Below, one piece after another: positions 47,333 through 56,624 of a stretch of 64,000 nucleotides of DNA. The first letter of the stretch is position 1, and each line of letters opens with the position of its first letter. Under the pieces are notes generated by a model. The model was given only the letters and a program-made list of their open reading frames with translations. It ran no database searches and was not told the origin of the DNA. Made by a program: the position numbers and the translations under genes. The stretch is from Aeropyrum sp. (GTDB lineage: Archaea; Thermoproteota; Thermoprotei_A; Sulfolobales; Acidilobaceae): assembly GCA_015523465.1 (NCBI GenBank), contig WAKF01000023.1, forward strand, positions 6,184 through 70,183, given 5' to 3'.

Positions 47333-47785
47333 GTGGCTAGCCGAGAGATAGTGATTGACGCTTCAGGTCAAGTTATGGGTAGGCTGGCTAGCATAGTAGC
47401 AAAGCTATTATTGCTTGGGTGGAGGGTTCACGTTGTCAACGCGGAGAAGATGGTGCTGAGCGGAGACCCCACTATGGTTGTGCAAGCTTATAAGAGGACC
47501 GTGCTCGGGGTTAGAAGCCACCATAGCCATAAGTGGAGACCTAAGAGGCCTAGAAGTCCTCAAAGGCTCTTCAAGTATGCCGTTAAGGGTATGCTACCCA
47601 AAGGTAATAATAGGGGGCGTGAAGCCCTATCTCGTTTAAGAGTTTACGTGGGGGTACCTAGGGAGCTTGAAGGGAAGCCTACAGTAAGGTTCCCCGACGC
47701 CGACGCCTCCCGGCTTGGTAGGAGTTTTGTCGAGCTAGGTAGAGTTGCTATGGAGCTTGGTTGGAGGGGGGTTGGTGAGAGGTGA
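47333..47785 (+). CDS. rpl13: 50S ribosomal protein L13 (uL13)
   Basis: [31 protein letters not shown]. Confidence 0.96.
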   Translation: MASREIVIDASGQVMGRLASIVAKLLLLGWRVHVVNAEKMVLSGDPTMVVQAYKRTVLGVRSHHSHKWRPKRPRSPQRLFKYAVKGMLPKGNNRGREALSRLRVYVGVPRELEGKPTVRFPDADASRLGRSFVELGRVAMELGWRGVGER

Positions 47786-48273
47786 GTGGTGAAGCCCAGA
47801 GTGTAGGTCAAGAAAGCCAGGTCCTCGGGAAGATAGTTGTGTCTACTGGTAAAAGGAAGCGAGCTATAGCTAGAGCTGTAATAAAGCCTGGCAAGGGGAG
47901 GGTATGGATAAACGGGGTTCCCATAGAGATCTACCCTATAGAGATGGCTAGGCTTAAGATGATGGAGCCCCTGCTTCTAGCGGGGGAGGCTATCAGGGGC
48001 CTTGTAGATATTAGGGTTAAGGTTGAAGGAGGCGGGGTGATGGCTCAGGCCGATGCAGTTAGAATGGCGATAGCCAGGGGCCTAGTAGAGTATTTTAAGT
48101 GCGAGGAAGGCGATGACGAGCTGTGTAAGAGGATGGACAAGATAAGCAACGACCTAAAACAAGCATTCGAGGAGTATGACAGAACCATGCTGGCAGGCGA
48201 CCCGAGGAGGACGGAGCCAGAGAAGTACATGAGATATAGCGCAAGGAGGAGATGGCAGAAGAGCTATAGGTGA
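47782..48273 (+). CDS. rps9: 30S ribosomal protein S9 (uS9)
   Basis: [41 protein letters not shown]. Confidence 0.97.
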   Translation: MSGEAQSVGQESQVLGKIVVSTGKRKRAIARAVIKPGKGRVWINGVPIEIYPIEMARLKMMEPLLLAGEAIRGLVDIRVKVEGGGVMAQADAVRMAIARGLVEYFKCEEGDDELCKRMDKISNDLKQAFEEYDRTMLAGDPRRTEPEKYMRYSARRRWQKSYR

Positions 48274-48279
48274 GACCCC

Positions 48280-48492
48280 ATGCTGCCGCCTGTCAGATGC
48301 TTCACCTGTGGAGCACCACTAGGACACTTATGGCCTCTATACGCTGAGAGAGTTAGGAAGGGTGAGGATCCGGGAAAGGTCCTAGACGAGCTAGGCGTGA
48401 CCAGGTACTGCTGTAGGAGAATGCTCCTTACTAGCGTGGTTTACGTGGAGGAGATTGCTAAGTATAGATTCATTAAGCCTCTCGGGGAGTAG
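48280..48492 (+). CDS. rpoN: RNA polymerase subunit N (Rpo10)
   Basis: PVRCFTCG...LDELGVTRYCCRRMLL. Confidence 0.98.
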   Translation: MLPPVRCFTCGAPLGHLWPLYAERVRKGEDPGKVLDELGVTRYCCRRMLLTSVVYVEEIAKYRFIKPLGE

Positions 48493-48515
48493 CGTAGCCT
48501 TCGGGTGGCGGTGGC

Positions 48516-49139
48516 GTGAGCAGCGTGGTATCGCCTAGGGAGACGTTAGTGCCTCCCGAGCTGTATAGGAAGGCGGGGGTCATAATAGGAACTCAGATAT
48601 GCACTAAGTACATGAAACAGTTCGTTCATAGGATGACGGCTGAGGGATACTATCAGATTGACTATGCTAAGACTGATGAGAGGCTCAGGATCGCGGCTGA
48701 TTTCCTCTCTAGGTTCAACCCCGAGAAGATAGCTGTAGTGAGTGTCAGAGTGTATGGGCAAAAACCTGTAAAGAGTATGTGCGAGTATGTGGGCTGCATT
48801 CCGGTTCTGGGGAGGGTTATTCCTGGTACCTTCACTAACCCGCACTTCGAATACTATATAGAGCCCGACGTCATAATGGTTACGGACCCTAGAACCGACA
48901 AGCAGGCTCTAGACGAAGCTAGCAAGATTGGCGTGCCTGTAGTGGCTATAGCGGATACAGACAATAAAGTCGAAAATGTAGACCTAGTTATACCGGCTAA
49001 TAACAGGGGGCGTAGAAGCCTCGCCCTGATATATTGGATACTTACTAGAGAAATACTTAGGAAGTGGGGTAAGCTAGGACCTAACGAAGACCTTCCTGTG
49101 GGCTATGAAGAGTTCATGGCGAAAAAGATCGTTAGATAA
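48516..49139 (+). CDS. rps2: 30S ribosomal protein S2 (uS2)
   Basis: [34 protein letters not shown]. Confidence 0.97.
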   Translation: MSSVVSPRETLVPPELYRKAGVIIGTQICTKYMKQFVHRMTAEGYYQIDYAKTDERLRIAADFLSRFNPEKIAVVSVRVYGQKPVKSMCEYVGCIPVLGRVIPGTFTNPHFEYYIEPDVIMVTDPRTDKQALDEASKIGVPVVAIADTDNKVENVDLVIPANNRGRRSLALIYWILTREILRKWGKLGPNEDLPVGYEEFMAKKIVR

Positions 49140-49188
49140 CAATCTTCTTATCAACCCCGAACCCGGAACTAGCTTTGCGGGGGTAGGG

Positions 49189-50046
49189 GTGAAGGTTAGG
49201 CTTCCAGCCCACGCAGGAACCTTTTATCCTGCTACTAGGGATGACGTGGTTAAAGCTATAGAAGACTCGTTTAAGCACCCTGTAGGTCCTGGGAGGCTCC
49301 CTGAAAGGGGCGGCGGCTCTAAACCATTACCTATAGCATACGTAGCGCCCCACGCAGGCTACATGTATAGCGGGCCTGTAGCAGCCCACGTCTACTACGA
49401 TCTATCCACCCGATATAGGCCTGAGACTGTAATCATCGTGGGCCCAAACCATACGGGGCTAGGCTTAGCGGCTAGCGTGTGGAGCGAAGGCTACTGGCGC
49501 ACCCCTCTAGGCGATGTGGAGGTCGATTCAGAGGCTGCTAAAGAACTAGCTAAGCGAACCGCCCTCATAGCCCCCGACGAGGAGGCCCATATCTACGAGC
49601 ACAGCGTAGAAGTCCAAATACCGTTTCTCCAATACGTGCTGGGAGAAGACTTCAAGATCGTGCCTGTAGTTGTGCTACACCAGACTCTAGACGCTAGTTT
49701 GAGGATCGCCAGGGCTTACATATCGATGCGAGAGGAATTGTATGGCGATAAAATATTATTGTTGGCTACGAGCGACTTAAACCACTACGAACCCTATGAC
49801 GTGACTGTCGAGAAGGACCTTAAGGTCTTAGAGGCGGCTGAGACAGGCGATCCCGAGTCTCTATGGAATACCATAGAGAGGCTAAGAGTTTCAGCCTGCG
49901 GCCCTACACCCCTCACAGCCGCTGTAGCTTCTGGCAAAATAGCTGGAGGTAGAGTGAAGGTGTTAAAATACGCCAACTCGGGGGATGTTACGGGAGAGAA
50001 GGCGTGGGTTGTGGGCTACCCAGCCGTGTTGGTGGATAGGAGTTGA
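49189..50046 (+). CDS. MEMO1 family protein (AmmeMemoRadiSam protein B)
   Basis: PAHAGTFYP, PHAGYMYSG, GPNHTG, EHSVEVQIPF, TSDLNHY, SACGP; start placed at GTG 49189. Confidence 0.93.
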   Translation: MKVRLPAHAGTFYPATRDDVVKAIEDSFKHPVGPGRLPERGGGSKPLPIAYVAPHAGYMYSGPVAAHVYYDLSTRYRPETVIIVGPNHTGLGLAASVWSEGYWRTPLGDVEVDSEAAKELAKRTALIAPDEEAHIYEHSVEVQIPFLQYVLGEDFKIVPVVVLHQTLDASLRIARAYISMREELYGDKILLLATSDLNHYEPYDVTVEKDLKVLEAAETGDPESLWNTIERLRVSACGPTPLTAAVASGKIAGGRVKVLKYANSGDVTGEKAWVVGYPAVLVDRS

Positions 50047-50807
50047 GGATTAAGGCACCCATACCATCTCTCCTACTAGGCACCCCCATACCAGGCTCCG
50101 AAAACCCCTACTTAGCGGCGCCCGCCTGGGAATTGGAGGCCCTCATAGACCTTTCTAGCGAGTGCTTGGTTGACGGCATAAGCGATACGTTTTTAAGCGA
50201 TGCTGTTAGAGAGTTCTCATATAGGCTTTTCAGGGGGCTAGAGCTAGATGATGAATGTATAAGGCTTAGATTACACTCAATGCTCCCCCCTTATAGGCTC
50301 GGAGTCTACGCTTCCCTAACCTCAGTAATAGTCTATGGGGCTGCCAGACTCTACGGAGAAAAACTCTCGACACTAGAGGTCCTGGAGTTGGCCAGGCTAG
50401 CTGAGGTTCTAGAAGGCGATTCAAGCTTTCATGCAGCCTTAGAGGCTCTCCGCTACGCCACGCTGGAGGGTAGTGTAGCCGTCTATAGAAATGAGGAAGA
50501 GCACTCAAAACTCCCTAGCAAAGCAGTTAGAGTTAACGTATTGAGGATCAAAGACGCTCAGGCTAGAGTCTCGAAGGATAGTGTAGGCAGCGATGTCTAC
50601 GGAGCCATCATCCACCTAATGGGGGTTACTGTGCTAGAGGCCGCGATAAGACTTAGAGAGGGGATGGAATTGAAGGATACAATACTCTCTCTTAAACCTG
50701 TCCACGACGCCGTAACCCTAGCAGTGTGGGGGCTCGCGCCCTCAAAGGAAAACTGCCTATGGACCCTTGATTTGCCAGGATCCTTTGCAGAGGCCTGCAT
50801 TGAGTAG
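50043..50807 (+). CDS. Degenerate GHMP-kinase (mevalonate kinase-like) protein
   Basis: Occupies the usual mvk position; MRIKAP..LLLG and LHSMLPPYRLGVYAS...GEKLSTLEVLELARLAE mimic GHMP motifs 1 and 2 without GxGLGSS. Confidence 0.6.
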   Translation: MRIKAPIPSLLLGTPIPGSENPYLAAPAWELEALIDLSSECLVDGISDTFLSDAVREFSYRLFRGLELDDECIRLRLHSMLPPYRLGVYASLTSVIVYGAARLYGEKLSTLEVLELARLAEVLEGDSSFHAALEALRYATLEGSVAVYRNEEEHSKLPSKAVRVNVLRIKDAQARVSKDSVGSDVYGAIIHLMGVTVLEAAIRLREGMELKDTILSLKPVHDAVTLAVWGLAPSKENCLWTLDLPGSFAEACIE

Positions 50808-50824
50808 GCTCGGGGTGCGGAGGG

Positions 50825-51571
50825 TTGAGTGCCTGTAGGACCTCCGTAGTAAAACTCGGAGGCGGTGCCATAACATTTAAAGACAGGCCGTTCACGTTAG
50901 ATTGGCCTTCTCTCTCCCTCGCTTCCAGTCAGCTAGCAGAGTATAGGAAGCAGGGTGGGGTTCTAGTTGCTATTGTTCATGGAGGGGGGAGTTTTGGACA
51001 TTACGTGGCTAGTAAAATAGTTGAGGCGAGAGCTAGTACCACTGTCATGGTATCAAAGATTCAGGAAGCAATGGATATCCTCTCCACACTAGTAACCTCA
51101 GCTCTCAGAGGATATGGGATTCCAGTCACGCTTCACCACCCAAGGAGCATCTGTATAGAGCCCTCTCGCTGTGACCTCACTATATTGAAACGTGACGTCG
51201 AGCAAGGCCTAGTTCCGGTAACTCACGGGGACGCACTAATGAAGGAGGATAAGGCTATAATTATTAGTGGGGACTGGCTTGCGGCCGAAATAGCAGTTAG
51301 GGAGGGAGTCGATTGCTTAATCTATGCTACCAGGGTTGGAGGGGTTTATGGAAGAGGCGGCAATATATTGAGATCTCTATCTTCCGAGGGAGAAGTAATA
51401 TATGTAGGGAGTGAAGGTAGGGATGTTACTGGTGGCATAAAGATTAAGGTTAGGGAGGCTTTGAGGGCTAGTAGGGAGGGCGTTAGAAGAGTCTTGATAA
51501 CAGGTGTCTCGGATATATTGCCTGTGCTTTTGGGCGATGATAGGGGCACGCTAGTGGTGGCTAGAGAATGA
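50825..51571 (+). CDS. ipk: Isopentenyl phosphate kinase
   Basis: VVKLGGGAITFK, VHGGGSFGH, THGD, ISGD, DVTGGIKIK; next to fni. Confidence 0.92.
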   Translation: MSACRTSVVKLGGGAITFKDRPFTLDWPSLSLASSQLAEYRKQGGVLVAIVHGGGSFGHYVASKIVEARASTTVMVSKIQEAMDILSTLVTSALRGYGIPVTLHHPRSICIEPSRCDLTILKRDVEQGLVPVTHGDALMKEDKAIIISGDWLAAEIAVREGVDCLIYATRVGGVYGRGGNILRSLSSEGEVIYVGSEGRDVTGGIKIKVREALRASREGVRRVLITGVSDILPVLLGDDRGTLVVARE

Positions 51572-52701
51572 CCTCTGAGACTTCCTCCAGGAAGCTTGAG
51601 CATCTTAAGATGGTAGTGACGTCTAAGGTGGAGGCAGCAGAGTCCACTCTACTAGAATATGTGAGGATCGTGCATAACCCCCTTCCCGACTTAGACTTAG
51701 ACGAGATAGACTTGGAGGTAGACTTCTGCGGTGGCAAGCTCAAGGCACCCTTAATCATAACAGGCATGACGGGAGGCCACCCAGATGTAGCATGGATCAA
51801 CAGAGACCTGGCATCGCTAGCCGAAGAGCTGGGAATAGCTATGGGTGTGGGTAGTCAGAGGGCGGCTATTGAAGATAGAAGGCTTGAAGAGACTTTTAGG
51901 ATAGCTAGGAAGGCCGCTCCAAACGCATTTCTCATAGCCAACTTAGGGGCGCCTCAACTCTCCAAAGGGTATGGGCTCGAGGAGGTCGTGAGGGCCATAG
52001 AGATGATAGACGCTGACGCCATAGCAATCCACTTTAACCCGGCTCAGGAAGCATTTCAAGACGAGGGAGACCCTTACTTCTCCCACGTCATAACTAAGAT
52101 CGTGGAGGCCGTTGAGAGAGCTGGGAAACCTCTAATAGCTAAGGAGGTGGGCACAGGGCTTAGCAGAGAGTTTGTCGCCCAGCTAAGGAGCTTGGGAGTC
52201 AGATGCTTTGACGTAGCCGGACTGGGGGGTACTAATTGGGTGAAGGTGGAGGTCCTGCGATCGAAGGCTAAACACGGAGCCCCTCTCAAGCCTGCAGGCC
52301 CCCTAGCGGATTACTGGGGGAACCCTACAGCTTTAGCTATCATCGAGGCTAGAGAGGCTGCGAGGGACGCCTATATAGTGGGGAGCGGAGGGGTTAGGAA
52401 CGGGCTTGAAGCTGCCAAGGCCATAGCATTGGGAGCCGATGCGGCTGGTCTTGCCCTCCCAGCGGCTAGGAGCCTCTTATCAGGGGGTAAGGAGTCTGTA
52501 AAGAAGCTACTCGAATCCATAATATACCAGATCAAGGTCGCAGTATTCCTTACGGGAGAGAAGCGGGTAAGAGGGCTCTGGAGGGCCCCAATAGTGGTAT
52601 GGGGGAGACTTAGAGAAGAAGTCCAAAACAGGGGAATAGACATAGACTACTACATAAGAGTTACAAGGCTAGAAGCCCTAATGTACAAAGAAGTCAAGTA
52701 A
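51568..52701 (+). CDS. fni: Type 2 isopentenyl-diphosphate delta-isomerase
   Basis: RKLEHL, GMTGG, GVGSQRAA, NPAQE, AKEVGTG, AGLGGT, SGGVRNG. Confidence 0.96.
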   Translation: MTSETSSRKLEHLKMVVTSKVEAAESTLLEYVRIVHNPLPDLDLDEIDLEVDFCGGKLKAPLIITGMTGGHPDVAWINRDLASLAEELGIAMGVGSQRAAIEDRRLEETFRIARKAAPNAFLIANLGAPQLSKGYGLEEVVRAIEMIDADAIAIHFNPAQEAFQDEGDPYFSHVITKIVEAVERAGKPLIAKEVGTGLSREFVAQLRSLGVRCFDVAGLGGTNWVKVEVLRSKAKHGAPLKPAGPLADYWGNPTALAIIEAREAARDAYIVGSGGVRNGLEAAKAIALGADAAGLALPAARSLLSGGKESVKKLLESIIYQIKVAVFLTGEKRVRGLWRAPIVVWGRLREEVQNRGIDIDYYIRVTRLEALMYKEVK

Positions 52702-52770
52702 ACATGGGGCCTATGCTAGCCCAGATTAAACACTACCATACCGCTCACGAAATAAAATAGGGCTGATACC

Positions 52771-53676
52771 TTGGTTAAGAGTAAGAGAACTAGGACTAGT
52801 GCCTTCGGCTCACCTGGAAGGGTTAGTCACGATTCCAGCCCCTTTTACTCTCGGAAGCTGTATAAGGAGACTCCGTTCCCTAAGCCTCGACCCGAGGACC
52901 TGAAGGAGAACCCGGTACCTCCGGAACTCCTTGATAAGGTGGTGCTTGGAGATGCTCGTGAGGTCCTTCGGAGGCTCCCTGACAACTGCGTGCATCTTGT
53001 AGTCACCTCCCCGCCATACAATGTTGGTAAGGAGTATGACGAAGACTTGACGTTGGGGGAGTACCTAGACTTCATTGAGGGGGTTATGAGGGAGGTTTAC
53101 AGGGTCCTTGTGTGGGGTGGGCGTGTGTGCTTCAACGTAGCCAATCTTGGGAGGAAGCCGTATATACCGCTACACGCCTACCTGATAGAGCGTTTTGAGG
53201 AGATAGGCTTCCTATTCAGGGGGGAGATTATATGGGATAAGGGGGAGGCGGTCTCGGGCTCCAGCACGGCCTGGGGCACGTGGATGAGCCCCGTAAACCC
53301 TATACTCAGGGACCAGCACGAGTACATCATAGTGCTGAGTAAGGGCGACTATAGAAGGAGGCCCCCCAAGGGCGGCAGGGCCACCATAACCAGGGAGGAG
53401 TTCCTAGAGTACACCCGGAGCGTGTGGAGGTTCCCGCCTGAGAGTGCAAGGAGGGTAGGACACCCCGCCCCCTTCCCGGTAGAGCTGCCCTACAGGTGCA
53501 TACAACTCTATACCTTCCAAGGCGACGTAGTACTAGACCCCTTCGCAGGCTCAGGCACAACGTGCTTAGCCGCAAAGCAAACGGGAAGACACTACATATG
53601 TATAGAGGTGGATGAGAGATATGCAGAACTAGCTAGAAAAAGGCTTGAAAACAGCGAGTTTAACTCTCACTCCTAA
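52771..53676 (+). CDS. Site-specific DNA methyltransferase, beta class (N4-C/N6-A)
   Basis: Motif IV TSPPY precedes motif I DPFAGSGTT; HPAPFP present. Confidence 0.92.
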   Translation: MVKSKRTRTSAFGSPGRVSHDSSPFYSRKLYKETPFPKPRPEDLKENPVPPELLDKVVLGDAREVLRRLPDNCVHLVVTSPPYNVGKEYDEDLTLGEYLDFIEGVMREVYRVLVWGGRVCFNVANLGRKPYIPLHAYLIERFEEIGFLFRGEIIWDKGEAVSGSSTAWGTWMSPVNPILRDQHEYIIVLSKGDYRRRPPKGGRATITREEFLEYTRSVWRFPPESARRVGHPAPFPVELPYRCIQLYTFQGDVVLDPFAGSGTTCLAAKQTGRHYICIEVDERYAELARKRLENSEFNSHS

Positions 53677-53685
53677 ATGCGAGGC

Positions 53686-55215
53686 TTAGGACCTGCCGGT
53701 CCTCCTACCTTCCATCCTTAGCCTTAGTACATCTGCCGTTTTCAGGCTACCCAGGATTATTGCTGCTGGGGCTTCCACCTCCATAGTTGCTCTTCCATGC
53801 TCTCTGTGACTAAGCGTTAGCCTCTGAGGCCTTGTTAGAACTATTATATGGCTTGACGTGTCTAGCGCTAACGCTTCCAGAAGAGCTAGTGCACTGTTTG
53901 GGGATAGCCTACGGTTCCCCTGTAGAGTGACCTTACTTAACTCCTCGCCGTCTAGCTTCTCTACGGCATCTAGCCCCCTAGCAAGGGTATGAAGTAATAC
54001 TGCTTCAGGCGCTTCTACCACCACCCCTTCCTCAGCCACTATTACATGGTCTCCTACTCGAGCCTCAATCTTCCCAGGCTGTAGCAATGCATCTGATATA
54101 TGAGACCCTTCAGCCGCAATGCCGGCTGCAAGGTTTAAGAGGCCTTGGACCGATAGTATAATGGGCCTTCCAGGGCTAGAAAGGGGCACGTTGAGGTCTA
54201 AGAGCCCTACAGCTTCCCTTAACGCTATTAAAGCGCATTCAAAAGACCCTCTCAGCAGCTTCCATGACGATAACCTGCATCTCTTTACAGCGTCTAGTGG
54301 AACATTCCTTCTACGCCTCCCTGCGTCCCACCCAAAATCCACTATTACCCTTAAGGGAGCCCAGGAAGACTCGCGGTGTCCTGCAAAGCGTGTTGCTCTG
54401 ACTAGGTTAGAGCGTGCTACGATGCTAGGGGGTATAAAGGCCCCCTTATTCTCCTCTAGCCATGCCCTAACCGCCCCTACTATATTACTCTCCCCAGTCT
54501 TCTCGACGCTCTCTTCTAGGTTTGCTATGAGATTTCTTACAGCCTCCAATGCCTTATTAACACTGTCTCCAACAGCACTCTGGAAGGCCTTGTAGGACCT
54601 AGCAGCCTCAATAGCGTCAATCACCTTTCCAAATACAGCGGCGTACTCGGCCACCACATCGCCTTGAAGCCTCACTCTGACACCCTCACTTGGCTGCCAG
54701 GCCCAGGGCTCCCAGCGGTGGAAATGGAACCCCATAGCCAGCCTAACTAGGTCTTCGCTCAGGCCCCCGTCAACTAAGGATAATATTGATGCTTGAGGTG
54801 CTGGTAGAGCATGGATAAAGGCCTTACCCGAGTCATAGTCTAGCCCAGCAACTAGCCCAAACACGCTAGAATGACAGCTAAGATGTACCTTAAATATAGA
54901 AGACGGATCTATACTCAATACTAAATTCCTATCACGCCTCTCAAACGTGGTAGCAATACTCCAAAAGACTTCTATAAAACATAAGGACCCCACTTTACGG
55001 TCTATTATTACAAGATAGTCGCCAACCCACTCCATACGCGTGTCTCCGCCTCTCACGAAAGCTGCGAGCCTATCTAGATGGCCTGGCAGCAGGTTAAGCT
55101 TGGCCTCTAAAGCCCTTCTTTCCCGCTCGTCTCTGGGGAGGACGGCCTTGCCTCTCACATAGTCTTTAATAAAGTTCTCAAGATCCGCTAGAGGGTCTAG
55201 GTTTACACTCTTCAT
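53686..55215 (-). CDS. Hypothetical protein (509 aa) with QGD and HxEH motifs
   Basis: Long ORF with SD GAGGTG; motifs GLDYDSGKAFIH, RLQGDVV, VGDHVI, LSHREHG. Confidence 0.75.
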   Translation of the reverse strand: MKSVNLDPLADLENFIKDYVRGKAVLPRDERERRALEAKLNLLPGHLDRLAAFVRGGDTRMEWVGDYLVIIDRKVGSLCFIEVFWSIATTFERRDRNLVLSIDPSSIFKVHLSCHSSVFGLVAGLDYDSGKAFIHALPAPQASILSLVDGGLSEDLVRLAMGFHFHRWEPWAWQPSEGVRVRLQGDVVAEYAAVFGKVIDAIEAARSYKAFQSAVGDSVNKALEAVRNLIANLEESVEKTGESNIVGAVRAWLEENKGAFIPPSIVARSNLVRATRFAGHRESSWAPLRVIVDFGWDAGRRRRNVPLDAVKRCRLSSWKLLRGSFECALIALREAVGLLDLNVPLSSPGRPIILSVQGLLNLAAGIAAEGSHISDALLQPGKIEARVGDHVIVAEEGVVVEAPEAVLLHTLARGLDAVEKLDGEELSKVTLQGNRRLSPNSALALLEALALDTSSHIIVLTRPQRLTLSHREHGRATMEVEAPAAIILGSLKTADVLRLRMEGRRTGRS

Positions 55216-55282
55216 TGAGGTGTACCCCTACTTACAAGGCCTAGCCTACTACATCCTTAGCAGCATAGCGAGACCGTTCTTA

Positions 55283-55429
55283 CTAGTCAGCTAACGCCCT
55301 AGCCCCTAGGCTGGTTAGCGGAGAGACCTCTATCCTCACCTTATAGATAAGTTTACCTTCTTCACGTAGCTGAATGGGAGCTTCGCGTTGGTCGGAAACT
55401 TGGATTGTAATCTGCCTACTCACACTCAT
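55283..55429 (-). CDS. Small ORF (48 aa) below the ORF-track cutoff
   Basis: GGAGGTG SD directly upstream; MSVSRQITIQVSDQREAPIQLREEGKLIYKVRIEVSPLTSLGARALAD*. Confidence 0.55.
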   Translation of the reverse strand: MSVSRQITIQVSDQREAPIQLREEGKLIYKVRIEVSPLTSLGARALAD

Positions 55430-55603
55430 TCACCTCCAAGTCTAAGCTAAAAGCTAGTAATACCAAAAATTTATTCGGTATTCATGCCGAGTTAATAGAA
55501 TTTCTCTTCTATATGATAATTTTAAGGGTAGTTTTAGAGTGTAACCATAGGTGTTTTAAGCTTTCTATAGGCTCCCGAGGCATGATTGTGGGTGGGGTGT
55601 TAA

Positions 55604-56521
55604 GTGGTGGTTAAGGTTATTCTCGTTGAGGGACTTAATAGAGGAAAATTCCCCTTTTCCAACTGCATCGTAGTAGAGAGCGAAAGCGTTAGGGTTTTAA
55701 TTGATACCGGGTGCTATCCTAACTTGCCTGAAGGTAGTTTTGATGCAATAGTCTATACGCATTTTCACCCAGACCATATTAGGGGGTTTGAGGCAGTTGC
55801 TAGTAAGGCTCGTAAGGTCTTTGCACCACGCGGCGAAGAGCCCTATCGTAGTCTGAGAGACCTCGCTGTGCGGTTTGCTCCAGGCATTGTAGATGAGTGG
55901 CTATCTATGGCCGAATACATAGGGCTCTCAAGGGTTCCCGAGGTAGACGAGTACTATGAGCCCGGAGAGGACCTTTGCCTTAAGAATGCATGCTTCAAAA
56001 CTTACCCGGCAAGGGGCCACCTTCTAACCCACACCCTCATAGAAGTCGAGGGACACTTACACCTAGTCGACATAGACTTGACAGGCTTTGGTCCCTGGTA
56101 CGCTAACCCGGAGTCAAATCCCTCCCTGTTCCTAGACGATATAGAGATGGCTTCAAGGGTAGAAGCTAGGACCTACACTACAGCCCATAAACCCGGAGCT
56201 ATGGCTAGGGAGGAAGCCACCTTAATGTTAGCACGCTATGCCGAACGCCTTATAGAACATGCAGAAGCAATATACAAACTTTTAAGAGAGGGGCCATCGA
56301 GACCGGAGGACCTAGCTGGGAAGGGCGCCATATATAGGAGGTACATTCCGGGCTTTGAGAAGGTAATGAGGTACTTCGAGGCTATGATGGTGGAAAAACT
56401 ATTACCGCTTTTATCCCTCTGGGGGTGCGCTAAGAGGGTTAAAGATGGGTGGGTTAGGAGGGAGTGCAACCTAAAGCTTGTCAGGGAGAAGGTAAAACAT
56501 AGGATATTATCCCACATTTAA
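55604..56521 (+). CDS. MBL-fold metallo-hydrolase
   Basis: LIDTG, THFHPDH (HxHxDH), GHLLTH, TAH; probable C-terminal wHTH. Confidence 0.88.
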   Translation: MVVKVILVEGLNRGKFPFSNCIVVESESVRVLIDTGCYPNLPEGSFDAIVYTHFHPDHIRGFEAVASKARKVFAPRGEEPYRSLRDLAVRFAPGIVDEWLSMAEYIGLSRVPEVDEYYEPGEDLCLKNACFKTYPARGHLLTHTLIEVEGHLHLVDIDLTGFGPWYANPESNPSLFLDDIEMASRVEARTYTTAHKPGAMAREEATLMLARYAERLIEHAEAIYKLLREGPSRPEDLAGKGAIYRRYIPGFEKVMRYFEAMMVEKLLPLLSLWGCAKRVKDGWVRRECNLKLVREKVKHRILSHI

Positions 56522-56624
56522 CCTTAATCCCACAGGCTCATGTAACGACGTCCCCTTCAATGCTTTTATAAGCGGGAGGACATGATTTGGTATGGTATCG
56601 TGCATCCTGCCAGGGTGATTTATC

